Assembly (NCBI GenBank): GCA_013816805.1
Contig: JACDDS010000019.1
Coordinates: forward strand, 11,546-75,545
Origin: Chitinophagales bacterium
GTDB lineage: Bacteria > Bacteroidota > Bacteroidia > Chitinophagales > UBA10324
DNA: 64,000 bases
Direction: 5' to 3'
Shown here one piece after another: positions 51,844 to 61,083 of the stretch. The notes under the pieces are model-generated. The model did not search any database. It was not told where the DNA came from and saw only the letters and a list, made by a program, of their open reading frames with translations. The number at the start of each line of letters is the position of its first letter. Within the stretch, counting starts at the first letter, position 1. A program made the translations under genes and the position numbers.

Positions 51844-54111
51844 ATGAAGAGAATGAAATTTAAAGTGCAATATGTTCCGCTGAGCGATGAAGCAATCAAC
51901 CGGCACAAGGATTTTGATCTCCTTTTGCAGATGTATAATGCAGCACCGAAAGCAGGCTGGTTCCAGCGATATGTAAAAAATAGATGGACACTGTTTGGAA
52001 GTGGTTTAATCACAGGCGCTATTTTAACATCTCTGTTTTGGATCAAATATTCGGATCAAAAATTTACACAGCCTGGTATTCCCGAATCAACATCAATCTC
52101 CGGAGAAATGCCTGGTGTGAATGGTCAGAATAATGCAAGCCGATCTACAGATAGTACATACCAGTTTCATACAAGAGAAGCTTTAAGCATAAACTCTCCC
52201 TCCAAACCAGCTGACAAATCTTCCTCAAAAGAAAAATCTTTAAGTAAAAATGTCCATGAAAATAATACCGGTGCAGGGGATTTAGCTGTGTTAAAAGCTC
52301 CGCCTCTTTCAAATTCTTTACCGGCAATACAGCAACATAATGATGGTAAGCAGGAAATAAGAGCTAACAATGCATTACCGCAATCGTTTACCAAAGCGAA
52401 TGGTCAAAGCATTGCAGTTTTAAATCAAAATAATAAGAATTCACAGGCCAATAATTATCTGCAAACTGATCGAAAACGTACGAATAATGAAAGCATACTT
52501 GAAAAACCTGAGTTAATAAAAAGTGTGATTTCATTTGGGGATAGCAGTAATGTTTCCGAAAATAAGAGTATTGCATTGCAGGAATTACAGAATTATATGC
52601 CATCCGTTAACCAGGAAGCGGATACCATAGCTATAAAAAATGATCTGTTATATTTCCATAATTCATCCAATGAAATTGATAGCGGCTTACCGGATGAGGT
52701 AGCATATATTATGGATACGGGTTTAATTATTCACCATCCCGCAGATACTCAAAAAAGCAGCGACACTGGCAGCGTGAAACCGGCACCCGAAAATGACCTT
52801 CAACCAAAAGGTGACACGGTGAACCGCACCGTCCTTAAACTTTTTTTGCAAAAAATTGACAGTACACTTCATTCTGTAATTGGAGGTGGAAAGGATTCTT
52901 CTTCCCATCCATTCCTGAATTTACACTGGCATCTGTTCGATAAGGACTCGCTAAGATTTTTAAAAAGAAGCAACGATCTATTTACGCTTCAAAATGATAG
53001 TTTGCTTCCGCGGGCACCCATTTTTTCCGCAGCCGATTCTTCCGAATATATATTGCGCTATGCGCAGGTTTCATTTGTTACGCCCTTAAGCAGCAACGGC
53101 AGCGAAGGTTATCTATACCGGCATAATATTTCATTAAACATACTGCAGGGATTTAATGGAGCGGTAAAAGGAGTAGAGTTCGGTGGCTTACTGAACGGGG
53201 ATAAAGGTTATGTTATCGGAGCCCAGTTTGGCGGACTCGCAAATTATGCAGGCGGTGATGTAAAAGGCGCCCAATTTGGGGGCCTGGCAAACGTGGCTAA
53301 ATCATTGAAAGGAGCGCAATTCGCCGGCATTGCAAATGTTAGCGAAAGCACTGTTCATGGGTTTCAGGCAGCTGGTATCGTCAATATTGCCGCCGATACC
53401 CTTTCTGGATTTCAGACAGCAGGAGTTTTAAATATTTCAGGATCTGCAAAAAAATCCGATGGGTGGCAAACAGCAGGCGTTGGAAATATCTCCTTAGGAA
53501 ATTTAAAAGGCGGCCAGATCGCCGGTGTATTTAATATTTCCAATAGAAGTGACGGAGGTCAGATAGGCTTAATAAATTTCGGAAAAAAAATCAATGGCTT
53601 TCAAATTGGTTTAATCAACATTTCAGATTCCATTACCGGAATTCCCATTGGCCTTATCAGCTTAAGTGCTCATGGAACTTTTGATATCAATGTCTGGACC
53701 AGTGATGTGCTGACTTTTAACGGCGGCATTCGTGTAGGATCGGAATACGTATATAATATTTTCGCGTATGGCATCTCTCCTTTTGATGCTACGCTTCCGT
53801 TCGGCTTCGGGTTGGGAATTGGCGGGCATATTCCCATTAAAAAAGCATTTATTGATATGGACGGTATGGCGTGGACGATGCACCATCAGCGATTCGATTT
53901 TCAAGGCATAAATATGAATAACCAATTTCGCCTAATGGGTGGCTACTCATTTAATAAATATTTCAGCCTTTTTGCCGGACCAACTTACAATGTAAGTGTA
54001 CAAAACCATATTTATGATCCATATCGCGCTACTACATTCTATACGCATCAGGGTAATAATACCACTGTGCGCATGTGGGTAGGGTTTGTGGCAGGCATAA
54101 GGATGTTCTGA
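51844..54111 (+). CDS. membrane-anchored repeat protein downstream of the ECF sigma factor (candidate anti-sigma/signalling partner)
   Basis: About 45 aa cytoplasmic, then a TM (WTLFGSGLITGAILTSLFWI), then ~300 aa of S/N/Q/P-rich low complexity. About 10 repeats G.Q.(A/G)G..N follow at 53170-53665, then a beta-rich C-terminus ending in Phe. The ATG at 51844 lies 7 nt after the sigma stop. The track's TTG at 51826 would overlap the sigma gene. Confidence 0.6.
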   Translation: MKRMKFKVQYVPLSDEAINRHKDFDLLLQMYNAAPKAGWFQRYVKNRWTLFGSGLITGAILTSLFWIKYSDQKFTQPGIPESTSISGEMPGVNGQNNASRSTDSTYQFHTREALSINSPSKPADKSSSKEKSLSKNVHENNTGAGDLAVLKAPPLSNSLPAIQQHNDGKQEIRANNALPQSFTKANGQSIAVLNQNNKNSQANNYLQTDRKRTNNESILEKPELIKSVISFGDSSNVSENKSIALQELQNYMPSVNQEADTIAIKNDLLYFHNSSNEIDSGLPDEVAYIMDTGLIIHHPADTQKSSDTGSVKPAPENDLQPKGDTVNRTVLKLFLQKIDSTLHSVIGGGKDSSSHPFLNLHWHLFDKDSLRFLKRSNDLFTLQNDSLLPRAPIFSAADSSEYILRYAQVSFVTPLSSNGSEGYLYRHNISLNILQGFNGAVKGVEFGGLLNGDKGYVIGAQFGGLANYAGGDVKGAQFGGLANVAKSLKGAQFAGIANVSESTVHGFQAAGIVNIAADTLSGFQTAGVLNISGSAKKSDGWQTAGVGNISLGNLKGGQIAGVFNISNRSDGGQIGLINFGKKINGFQIGLINISDSITGIPIGLISLSAHGTFDINVWTSDVLTFNGGIRVGSEYVYNIFAYGISPFDATLPFGFGLGIGGHIPIKKAFIDMDGMAWTMHHQRFDFQGINMNNQFRLMGGYSFNKYFSLFAGPTYNVSVQNHIYDPYRATTFYTHQGNNTTVRMWVGFVAGIRMF

Positions 54112-54187
54112 TCAGGAACTTGTAAGAGTTTAAAAAAAGAGATACCAGCAAACTCAAACCGGCCGTGTATCTTTGCCGCCTTAATTT

Positions 54188-55291
54188 TTGAAAATGAGTT
54201 TACAGGGTGGCATAGTGGGATTGCCGAACGTCGGTAAGTCTACACTTTTTAATGCACTATCGAATGCAAAAGCACAGGCAGCGAACTTTCCCTTTTGTAC
54301 CATTGAGCCCAACGTGGGTGTTATCACCGTTCCCGACCAGCGACTGACGGAATTGGCCCGGTTGGTAAATCCTAAAAAAATTATTCCTACCACTATTGAA
54401 ATTGTAGACATTGCCGGCCTGGTTAAGGGAGCGAGTAAGGGTGAAGGACTGGGAAACCAATTCCTCGGAAATATACGGAACACCGATGCCATCATTCATG
54501 TGATCCGCTGCTTTGATGATGATAATGTAATTCACGTTGATGGCAATATTAACCCCGTGCGTGATAAAGAGATTATAGATACGGAATTGCAACTGAAAGA
54601 TTTGGAAACGGTAGAGAAGAGGATTTCCAAACAAGAGAAAGTAGCACGCACAGGAGACCGTGATGCAAAAAAATTGATGGATATATTGTTAGCATATAAA
54701 GGCCATCTTGAATCCGGAAAATCAGCCCGCACCGTTAACCTTGATAACGAAGATCAATCTGTTTTTGCCGATATGTTTTTACTTACTTCTAAACCTGTTT
54801 TATACGTCTGTAACGTAGATGAGAAATCCGTAATAAGCGGCAACAGCCATACAGGAAAATTAATGGATGCTGTAAAGGATGAAAAAGCGGAAGTGCTGCT
54901 TATCTCAGCTGCCATCGAATCAGAGATTGCAGAGCTGGATAACTATGACGACAGGATATCTTTTTTACATGATTTAGGATTACAGGAATCAGGTGTGGAG
55001 AAACTGATACGTGCTTCTTACAGTCTTTTGAAACTGATTACCTATTTCACTGCAGGTGAACCAGAGGTCAGGGCATGGACAATAAAGAATGGCATGCTTG
55101 CTCCACAGGCAGCGGGTGTGATTCACTCAGATTTTGAGAAAGGGTTTATCCGGGCTGAGGTGATTGCATACAATGACTATATATCCTACGGCAGCGAGGC
55201 AAGCTGTCGCACCGCCGGAAAACTAAGGATCGAAGGCAAAGAGTACGAAGTAAAAGATGGTGATGTGATGCACTTTTTGTTTAATGTTTAG
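54188..55291 (+). CDS. ychF: redox-regulated ATPase YchF
   Basis: G1 motif GIVGLPNVGKST, and the TGS/YchF C-terminal domain (FIRAEVI...EGKEYEVKDGDVMHFLFNV). Confidence 0.95.
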   Translation: MKMSLQGGIVGLPNVGKSTLFNALSNAKAQAANFPFCTIEPNVGVITVPDQRLTELARLVNPKKIIPTTIEIVDIAGLVKGASKGEGLGNQFLGNIRNTDAIIHVIRCFDDDNVIHVDGNINPVRDKEIIDTELQLKDLETVEKRISKQEKVARTGDRDAKKLMDILLAYKGHLESGKSARTVNLDNEDQSVFADMFLLTSKPVLYVCNVDEKSVISGNSHTGKLMDAVKDEKAEVLLISAAIESEIAELDNYDDRISFLHDLGLQESGVEKLIRASYSLLKLITYFTAGEPEVRAWTIKNGMLAPQAAGVIHSDFEKGFIRAEVIAYNDYISYGSEASCRTAGKLRIEGKEYEVKDGDVMHFLFNV

Positions 55292-55364
55292 CGGAGCCTT
55301 ATGGTTTAGATTGTTTATATTGTTTAGAATTTAGAGTTGTAGCAATTGAAAAAAGCATCTGTTC

Positions 55365-55759
55365 TTAAATACGGTCTTTAAATTTTGCACCTCTAATTTC
55401 AGATTTATTCAAATAAGCAATGAGATTTCCATCATTCTTCCCAATTCTATTACTATATGCTTAAATTGTTCATATCATCAGATGTCATGTATCCATAGTC
55501 ATGTGCCCTGATTATTTGAGAGTGACATTCACCCGCTGAACCTTTTGCGATTGATAAAATTGAATAAATTCTAATCTGCTGTTTCGTTCGAACCCTTCTG
55601 CGATATTATCCATAATAGAGCCTGATGAACTTAATATTTGATTTTTAAATGAAAATCCCTGCTAAACTTACTTTCCTTGCTTAAATTAAAAATGAGCTTA
55701 TTCAATTCATGAGCTTTTTGCCAAATTTTTAGATCTTCAAAATTTTTTATTTTTTCCAT
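55365..55759 (-). pseudogene. four-helix-bundle protein (23S rRNA intervening-sequence protein family), disrupted by at least 3 frameshifts
   Basis: Hand translation of the reverse strand gives three frame-shifted pieces: MEKIKNFEDLKIWQKAHELNKLIFNLSKESKFSRDFHLK / NQILSSSGSIMDNIAEGFERNSRLEFIQF / IAKGSAGECHSQIIRAHDYGYMTSDDMNNL / ...LIAYLNKSEIRGAKFK. Joined, they match the family pattern (DL.IW.KA...NIAEG..R.S..EF..F...A.GS..E...Q). The ORF track shows no ORF of 60 aa or more here. Confidence 0.7.
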
Positions 55760-55809
55760 GAATTGTAACAAAATAAACAAATTAACTTTTTAAACAATAA
55801 GCTAACTTG

Positions 55810-56775
55810 ATGATCATCATCACCGGCGCTGCGGGATTTATTGGTTCTTGCCTGGTTGCCAGGCTTAATGAAGCTGGCATAGTTGACCTTGGCCTGGTAG
55901 ATGATTTTTCTTCGGAACAAAAAAAACGCAACTATGAAAGCAAGCGTTATCTGAACATCATTGACCGCAATGAGTTTTTAACATGGCTCGATCTGCAGCA
56001 CGATTCCATTGATTTTATTTTTCACCTGGGAGCCCGAACCGATACAACAGAATTTAATGGGAAAATTTTTGATGAGCTGAATGTGAATTATTCCAAAGAG
56101 ATTTGGAAGCGTTGTGCGGAGCATCGTATTCCTCTCTTATATGCCAGCTCTGCGGCAACCTATGGTGCCGGTGAATTCGGCTACAGCGATGACCATGCAA
56201 TAATCTCTAAATTAAAACCGCTAAACCCATATGGTGTTTCGAAGAATGAATTTGATAAGTGGGTATTAGAGCAAAGGGAGACACCACCGTTCTGGTGCGG
56301 GCTTAAATTTTTTAATGTCTTCGGTCCCAATGAATACCATAAAGGCAGAATGGCTTCTGTGATATTTCATGGCTTCAATCAAATAAAACAAACTGAAAAA
56401 GTCAGGCTCTTCAGGTCTCATAATCCACAATATGAAGATGGGAAGCAGCTTCGTGATTTTATCTATGTAAAGGATGTAGTTGAAGTGATGTTTTATTTAC
56501 TGGAACATCAGCAGCATTCAGGCATATATAACCTTGGAACCGGAAAAGCAAGAACGTTCTTAGATTTAGCAAACAGTACGTTTTCCGCTATGGATATTCA
56601 ACCGGTTATTGAATGGATAGAAATTCCTCAGGATATTCGCAATACATACCAGTCATTTACTGAAGCAAAAATGGAAAAGCTACGCAGTATAGGCTATAAA
56701 AAAGAATTCTATTCACTGGAAGAGGGTATAAATGAGTATATAAAACAGTACTTATTGACCGATAAGGTCTGGTGA
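55810..56775 (+). CDS. hldD: ADP-L-glycero-D-manno-heptose 6-epimerase
   Basis: IITGAAGFIGS Rossmann motif, LYASSAATYG, YGVSK (YxxxK) and FFNVFGPNEYHKGRMASV closely follow the HldD/RfaD pattern. Confidence 0.85.
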   Translation: MIIITGAAGFIGSCLVARLNEAGIVDLGLVDDFSSEQKKRNYESKRYLNIIDRNEFLTWLDLQHDSIDFIFHLGARTDTTEFNGKIFDELNVNYSKEIWKRCAEHRIPLLYASSAATYGAGEFGYSDDHAIISKLKPLNPYGVSKNEFDKWVLEQRETPPFWCGLKFFNVFGPNEYHKGRMASVIFHGFNQIKQTEKVRLFRSHNPQYEDGKQLRDFIYVKDVVEVMFYLLEHQQHSGIYNLGTGKARTFLDLANSTFSAMDIQPVIEWIEIPQDIRNTYQSFTEAKMEKLRSIGYKKEFYSLEEGINEYIKQYLLTDKVW

Positions 56776-56833
56776 AATAATGTTAATTCGATATTCTCTT
56801 TGTCCCCCGAATATCCCACTTATAGTATATATG

Positions 56834-57460
56834 TCATATTTCTGAAATCACTTTCCTGAAGCTGCAGAACAAAAAATTCTGAAAAGTATTAAAGGGCGTT
56901 TTGTGGTTTTCTGTAACGCATTTAATTTTTTCAAAACCGTTTTCCAATCGTCCTCGTAATTCTTCTTCTGTATATTGGTGAACTTCTAAGCCACTGCATC
57001 TATTGGGACCGCTATTGGAAAAAGTTGCAATTGCCATAAAGCCTTGTACTGCTTGCCAGGCTGTTTTAAGATATGCATTTATATCCTCAGCGCTGGTCAG
57101 GAAATGAAATGTTGCCCGGTCGTGCCAGCAATCAAAGGTTACTAGGGGATGAAACTCCGTTATATCGCTGATAATCCAGTTTATTTTCGCTGACCTTGAC
57201 CCGAGCCGCTGCTGGGCTCTTTCAATGGCCTTCTCCGAAATGTCAAGCACCGTAATATTTTCATAACCTTCATCAAGTAGATAGTCTGCTAATTTACTAT
57301 CACCTCCTCCTATGTCAATAATACTTGCTGTTTTTGGTAAATTAAAACTGTGAATAAAGTCTAAAGAAGTTTTTGGTAACTGCTGCGTCCAGCTAACTTC
57401 ATGAGATTGCTTAGTAGAATAAACTTTTTCCCAATGATCTTTTCTTTTGGTGTTCATCAT
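56834..57460 (-). CDS. class I SAM-dependent methyltransferase
   Basis: Motif I IIDIGGGDS followed by an acidic post-I residue (VLDISE). Confidence 0.8.
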   Translation of the reverse strand: MMNTKRKDHWEKVYSTKQSHEVSWTQQLPKTSLDFIHSFNLPKTASIIDIGGGDSKLADYLLDEGYENITVLDISEKAIERAQQRLGSRSAKINWIISDITEFHPLVTFDCWHDRATFHFLTSAEDINAYLKTAWQAVQGFMAIATFSNSGPNRCSGLEVHQYTEEELRGRLENGFEKIKCVTENHKTPFNTFQNFLFCSFRKVISEI

Positions 57461-57680
57461 CCTTGTGTTTGGAATTGTGCGGTGCTTTTTTTAAAAATCT
57501 TTGGGCTGATTTTGAATAATTAAATAACGTATCACAATAGAACTTATAAAATTATTAATTTGAAACAATCATCCGATTCTTAACAATCATAATAAAAGTT
57601 GAATTTTTGTTAATGAAAAGTAAATTGCGATTTTGTACAATAGAACAGGCATACCTTTGCATTTTTTAACAAGAGTTGTT

Positions 57681-60107
57681 ATGATTATAAAAATACGCTA
57701 TGCTTTTATTTATATTGTTTTAATCATTGCTTTCACATCCCTTTCACTTGCTGCATTTTCTCAAACAACCGTCAAGGGTGTTGTGGTGGACAAAGCCGGG
57801 AATACCGTAAACGGTGCTACCGTTCACATTAAAGAAACAAATCTTCTGGGCGCCACAGATTCATCCGGCCGTTTCATTCTTCAGAATGTTCCAAAGGGTT
57901 ATCTTACTGTTGCTGTTTCCTGTATTGGATATAATCCATATGTTAGACAAATTCTGGTTACCGATCAGAAAGTGTATGAAGAACAATTTGTATTGATCCC
58001 TGTTGCACAGATGCTGGACGAAGTTTTGGTGACTGCTGAAAAAGATTACAATAATCTAAAACACCTGCCTGATACAAGAGGTACGCTGATTTTTGCCGGC
58101 AAAAAAAATGAAGTCATAATCCTCGATAAGACAAATGCCAATACAGCTGAAAATATTGCCAGGCAGGTTTTCGCCAAAATTCCTGGTATCAATATATGGG
58201 ACTTTGATGGCAGCGGACTGCAAACAAGTATTTCAACGCGTGGATTGAATCCGCACAGGTCGTGGGAATTTAATATCAGGCAGAATGGATACAATGTAAA
58301 TTCTGATCTCTTTGGCTATCCTGAATCACATTACAATCCACCTACAGAAGCCTTGCACGCTATTGAGCTCGTAAGGGGAGGAGCCTCACTTCAATTTGGT
58401 CCCCAGTTTGGAGGCATGCTGAATTATGTTATTAAAGATGGACCCACAGATCGCAATGTTGGTTATGAATCAAGGCAGACGCTGGGTTCATCCGGCACCT
58501 TCAATTCCTATAATGCACTTGGCGGGCAGGTTGGAAAGTTGAATTATTATGCATTTTATAATTATCGCAGATCGAACGGATACAGGCCGAACAGCCAGTA
58601 TTATTCTTATGCTTATTATGCGGGTTTACACTATAGATTCAATGAAAAAATAAAGCTGGGTTTTGAATTCTCCCGATATTATTATGTGAACCAAACAGCG
58701 GGAGGCTTGTCAGATGCGCAGTTTCAAACAGATCCCTATCAGTCAACCAGGGGTAGAAATTACTTTCAGCCGAATTTGAACATTCCAGCTCTTACGCTGG
58801 ATGTGGCATTCTCTCAGGATACCAAGCTCAGTCTGAAATCAAACTATTTCATTGGTCAGAGAAACAGTGTCATGTTTATTGCTTCTCCTTTAATTCCAGA
58901 TTCAATCAATCCGTTGACACTTAAATATGCGCCGCGTCAGGTGGACCGCGATTATTACCACAGCCTCACAAATGAAATGCGGTTGCTTCATAATTATTCA
59001 CTCGCAAAGACAAGCAATACTATTTCCGGTGGTTTGCGATTCAGCGATGCCCATACGCACCGCCAGCAAAAGGGACAGGGAACCACAGGAACCGATTTCG
59101 ATCTTTCCCTGATTGCTCCGTATCAATTGGATCTCGATTTCACCACTTTCAACTATACTTTATATGCCGAAAATATTTTCAGGCCTTTTGAGAAATTTTC
59201 TATTACCCCTGGCTTGCGTTACGAAATTATTGATACTAAAGTTTCCGGGAATACGAACTACGACTTCAATCCCAGTGATTACACTAAAACCCGAAACCAG
59301 TTGCTTGCCGGGCTTGGGCTTCAGTACAAAATAAATGAGCTGAATACCATTTACGCAAACTGGTCTCAGGCATTCCGCCCGATGCTTTATAGTGATTTAA
59401 TTCCTTCTGCTACGCTTGATACCGTAGATCGCAATTTAAAAGATGCTCACGGATATAACAGTGACATTGGCATCCGGAGTAATTTGAATGATATACTGAT
59501 ACTTGACATTGATTTGTTTTATATGCGTTATGAAGATCGTTTGGGCTCCATAGGTATGTTAAATGGGGCAGGCCAATCTTATCTATTTAAAACGAATGTA
59601 GGTACTACAGCCTCTGCAGGCGTAGAATCCTTTATAGAATTTCACCCAACTGCTTTAAAAAAAACAAAATCCTCTATAGGGGATATAGCAATATTCAGTT
59701 CGCTGGCATATGATCATGCAGAATATGTAAAAGGCGCCATTGCACCTAATGGAGTAAGCCTTACCGGCAACACGCTGGAAAATGCTCCAAAGTGGATTAT
59801 ACGCAGCGGGTTGACGTGGTCTTATAAATGGGTTTCCTCTACACTCGAATACAGTTATGTAGGGAAGACTTTTTCCGATGCAGCAAACACGGTAAGCTCT
59901 ACGAATGGTATTGTGGGCATTGTGCCGTCGTATGGTGTTACGGACTGGAACACCACCATTCGCTTCAGCCGTTACAATGTGAATTTTGGAGTGAACAATC
60001 TCACAAACGAAAAATATTTCACACGTCGCATTAGTACCTATCCGGGCCCCGGCATTTTACCTGCTGATGGAAGAACGGTTCATTTTTCACTGGGAGTGGA
60101 ATTTTAA
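57681..60107 (+). CDS. TonB-dependent receptor with an N-terminal carboxypeptidase-regulatory-like domain
   Basis: Signal peptide, VKGVVVDKAGNTVNGATVHIKET (CarboxypepD_reg-like), a plug domain (GINIWDFDGSGLQTSISTRGL), a 22-strand-type barrel and a terminal Phe. I moved the start to the ATG at 57681. Confidence 0.9.
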   Translation: MIIKIRYAFIYIVLIIAFTSLSLAAFSQTTVKGVVVDKAGNTVNGATVHIKETNLLGATDSSGRFILQNVPKGYLTVAVSCIGYNPYVRQILVTDQKVYEEQFVLIPVAQMLDEVLVTAEKDYNNLKHLPDTRGTLIFAGKKNEVIILDKTNANTAENIARQVFAKIPGINIWDFDGSGLQTSISTRGLNPHRSWEFNIRQNGYNVNSDLFGYPESHYNPPTEALHAIELVRGGASLQFGPQFGGMLNYVIKDGPTDRNVGYESRQTLGSSGTFNSYNALGGQVGKLNYYAFYNYRRSNGYRPNSQYYSYAYYAGLHYRFNEKIKLGFEFSRYYYVNQTAGGLSDAQFQTDPYQSTRGRNYFQPNLNIPALTLDVAFSQDTKLSLKSNYFIGQRNSVMFIASPLIPDSINPLTLKYAPRQVDRDYYHSLTNEMRLLHNYSLAKTSNTISGGLRFSDAHTHRQQKGQGTTGTDFDLSLIAPYQLDLDFTTFNYTLYAENIFRPFEKFSITPGLRYEIIDTKVSGNTNYDFNPSDYTKTRNQLLAGLGLQYKINELNTIYANWSQAFRPMLYSDLIPSATLDTVDRNLKDAHGYNSDIGIRSNLNDILILDIDLFYMRYEDRLGSIGMLNGAGQSYLFKTNVGTTASAGVESFIEFHPTALKKTKSSIGDIAIFSSLAYDHAEYVKGAIAPNGVSLTGNTLENAPKWIIRSGLTWSYKWVSSTLEYSYVGKTFSDAANTVSSTNGIVGIVPSYGVTDWNTTIRFSRYNVNFGVNNLTNEKYFTRRISTYPGPGILPADGRTVHFSLGVEF

Positions 60108-60113
60108 AAGGTA

Positions 60114-60881
60114 TTGATACTTACTCCTCTTCTCCATCACTCCTACGTGATTAATACAGCAGACAGGTTACACGGAATTGGAGAATATTATTTCTCTCAG
60201 AACCTGCGTGAAATAGAAGAGCTAAATAAGAAGGGAAAGCAAATAATCAACCTTGGTATTGGCAGTCCGGATCTGCCGCCCCACCCGGAAGTAATTAATG
60301 TTTTGAATAAAAAAGCTGCAAAGCCAAACAACCATGCCTATCAAAGTTATAGGGGAAGTGCAGTTTTTAGAAATGCAATCGCTGAATTTAACCGGCATTG
60401 GTATAACGTTACTTTAGATGTGAACACTGAAATACTGCCGTTGATTGGCAGTAAAGAAGGCATCATGCATATATGTATAATTTACTTAAATGTAGGTGAT
60501 GAAGTACTGATTCCCAACCCCGGTTATCCAACATACAGCAGTGCAGTTAAATTAGCAGGAGGCACCTGTATATATTATAATTTGAAGGAAGAAAACAATT
60601 GGGAGCCTGACTTTGAAGCACTAAGTTCAATAGTAACATCATCTAAATTGCATGGTAAAAGTAGTTCCAAAAATAATGTGGGATAATTATCAAAACATGC
60701 CAACCGGAAAGTTACCTTCAAAGAATTGTTTGAAAAAATTATTTCTTTTGGTAAAGAGAATAATATTCTTATTTGTCATGATAATCCCTACAGTTTTATT
60801 TTGAATGATAAGCCAATGAGTATTTTGAGCATTGGCGGAGCAAAGGAAATTGCCATCGAACTAAACTCATTAAGCAAAGCA
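60114..60881 (+). pseudogene. class I/II aminotransferase, 5' two-thirds only, with 2 frameshifts and a 3' truncation
   Basis: Three frames read in succession: ...EYYFSQNLREIEELNKKGKQIINLGIGSPDLPPHP...GSKEGIMH...LIPNPGYPTY / KIMWDNYQNMPTGKLPSK / ELFEKIISFGKENNILICHDNPYSFILN...ELNSLSKA. Homology stops right after the PLP-lysine motif SLSK at about 60881. Confidence 0.75.
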
Positions 60882-61083
60882 AGTTATAAGCCTATTATAA
60901 TAGGTAATAAGCTTTCGGAAAATAAAGCTGATTTTCTACTTAGGTTAGACATCCAAAAAACTAAATTCGCTAAATTTATTTTATTGCCAAAAAATCAATA
61001 TTATAAATTTTAATATTAGCGGAAAAGTAATAAATGCAAGAGGGTAATAACGTTGATCTGTAATTTTATAGTTTTACCACAAT

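Noticed and set aside
60882-61083. The continuation of ORF 60726..61013 (SYKPIIIGNKLSENKADFLLRLDIQ...) after the aminotransferase homology ends.
   Set aside because: It is an AT-rich read-through tail with no similarity to the expected NMAGWRVG continuation, so it is most likely non-coding.
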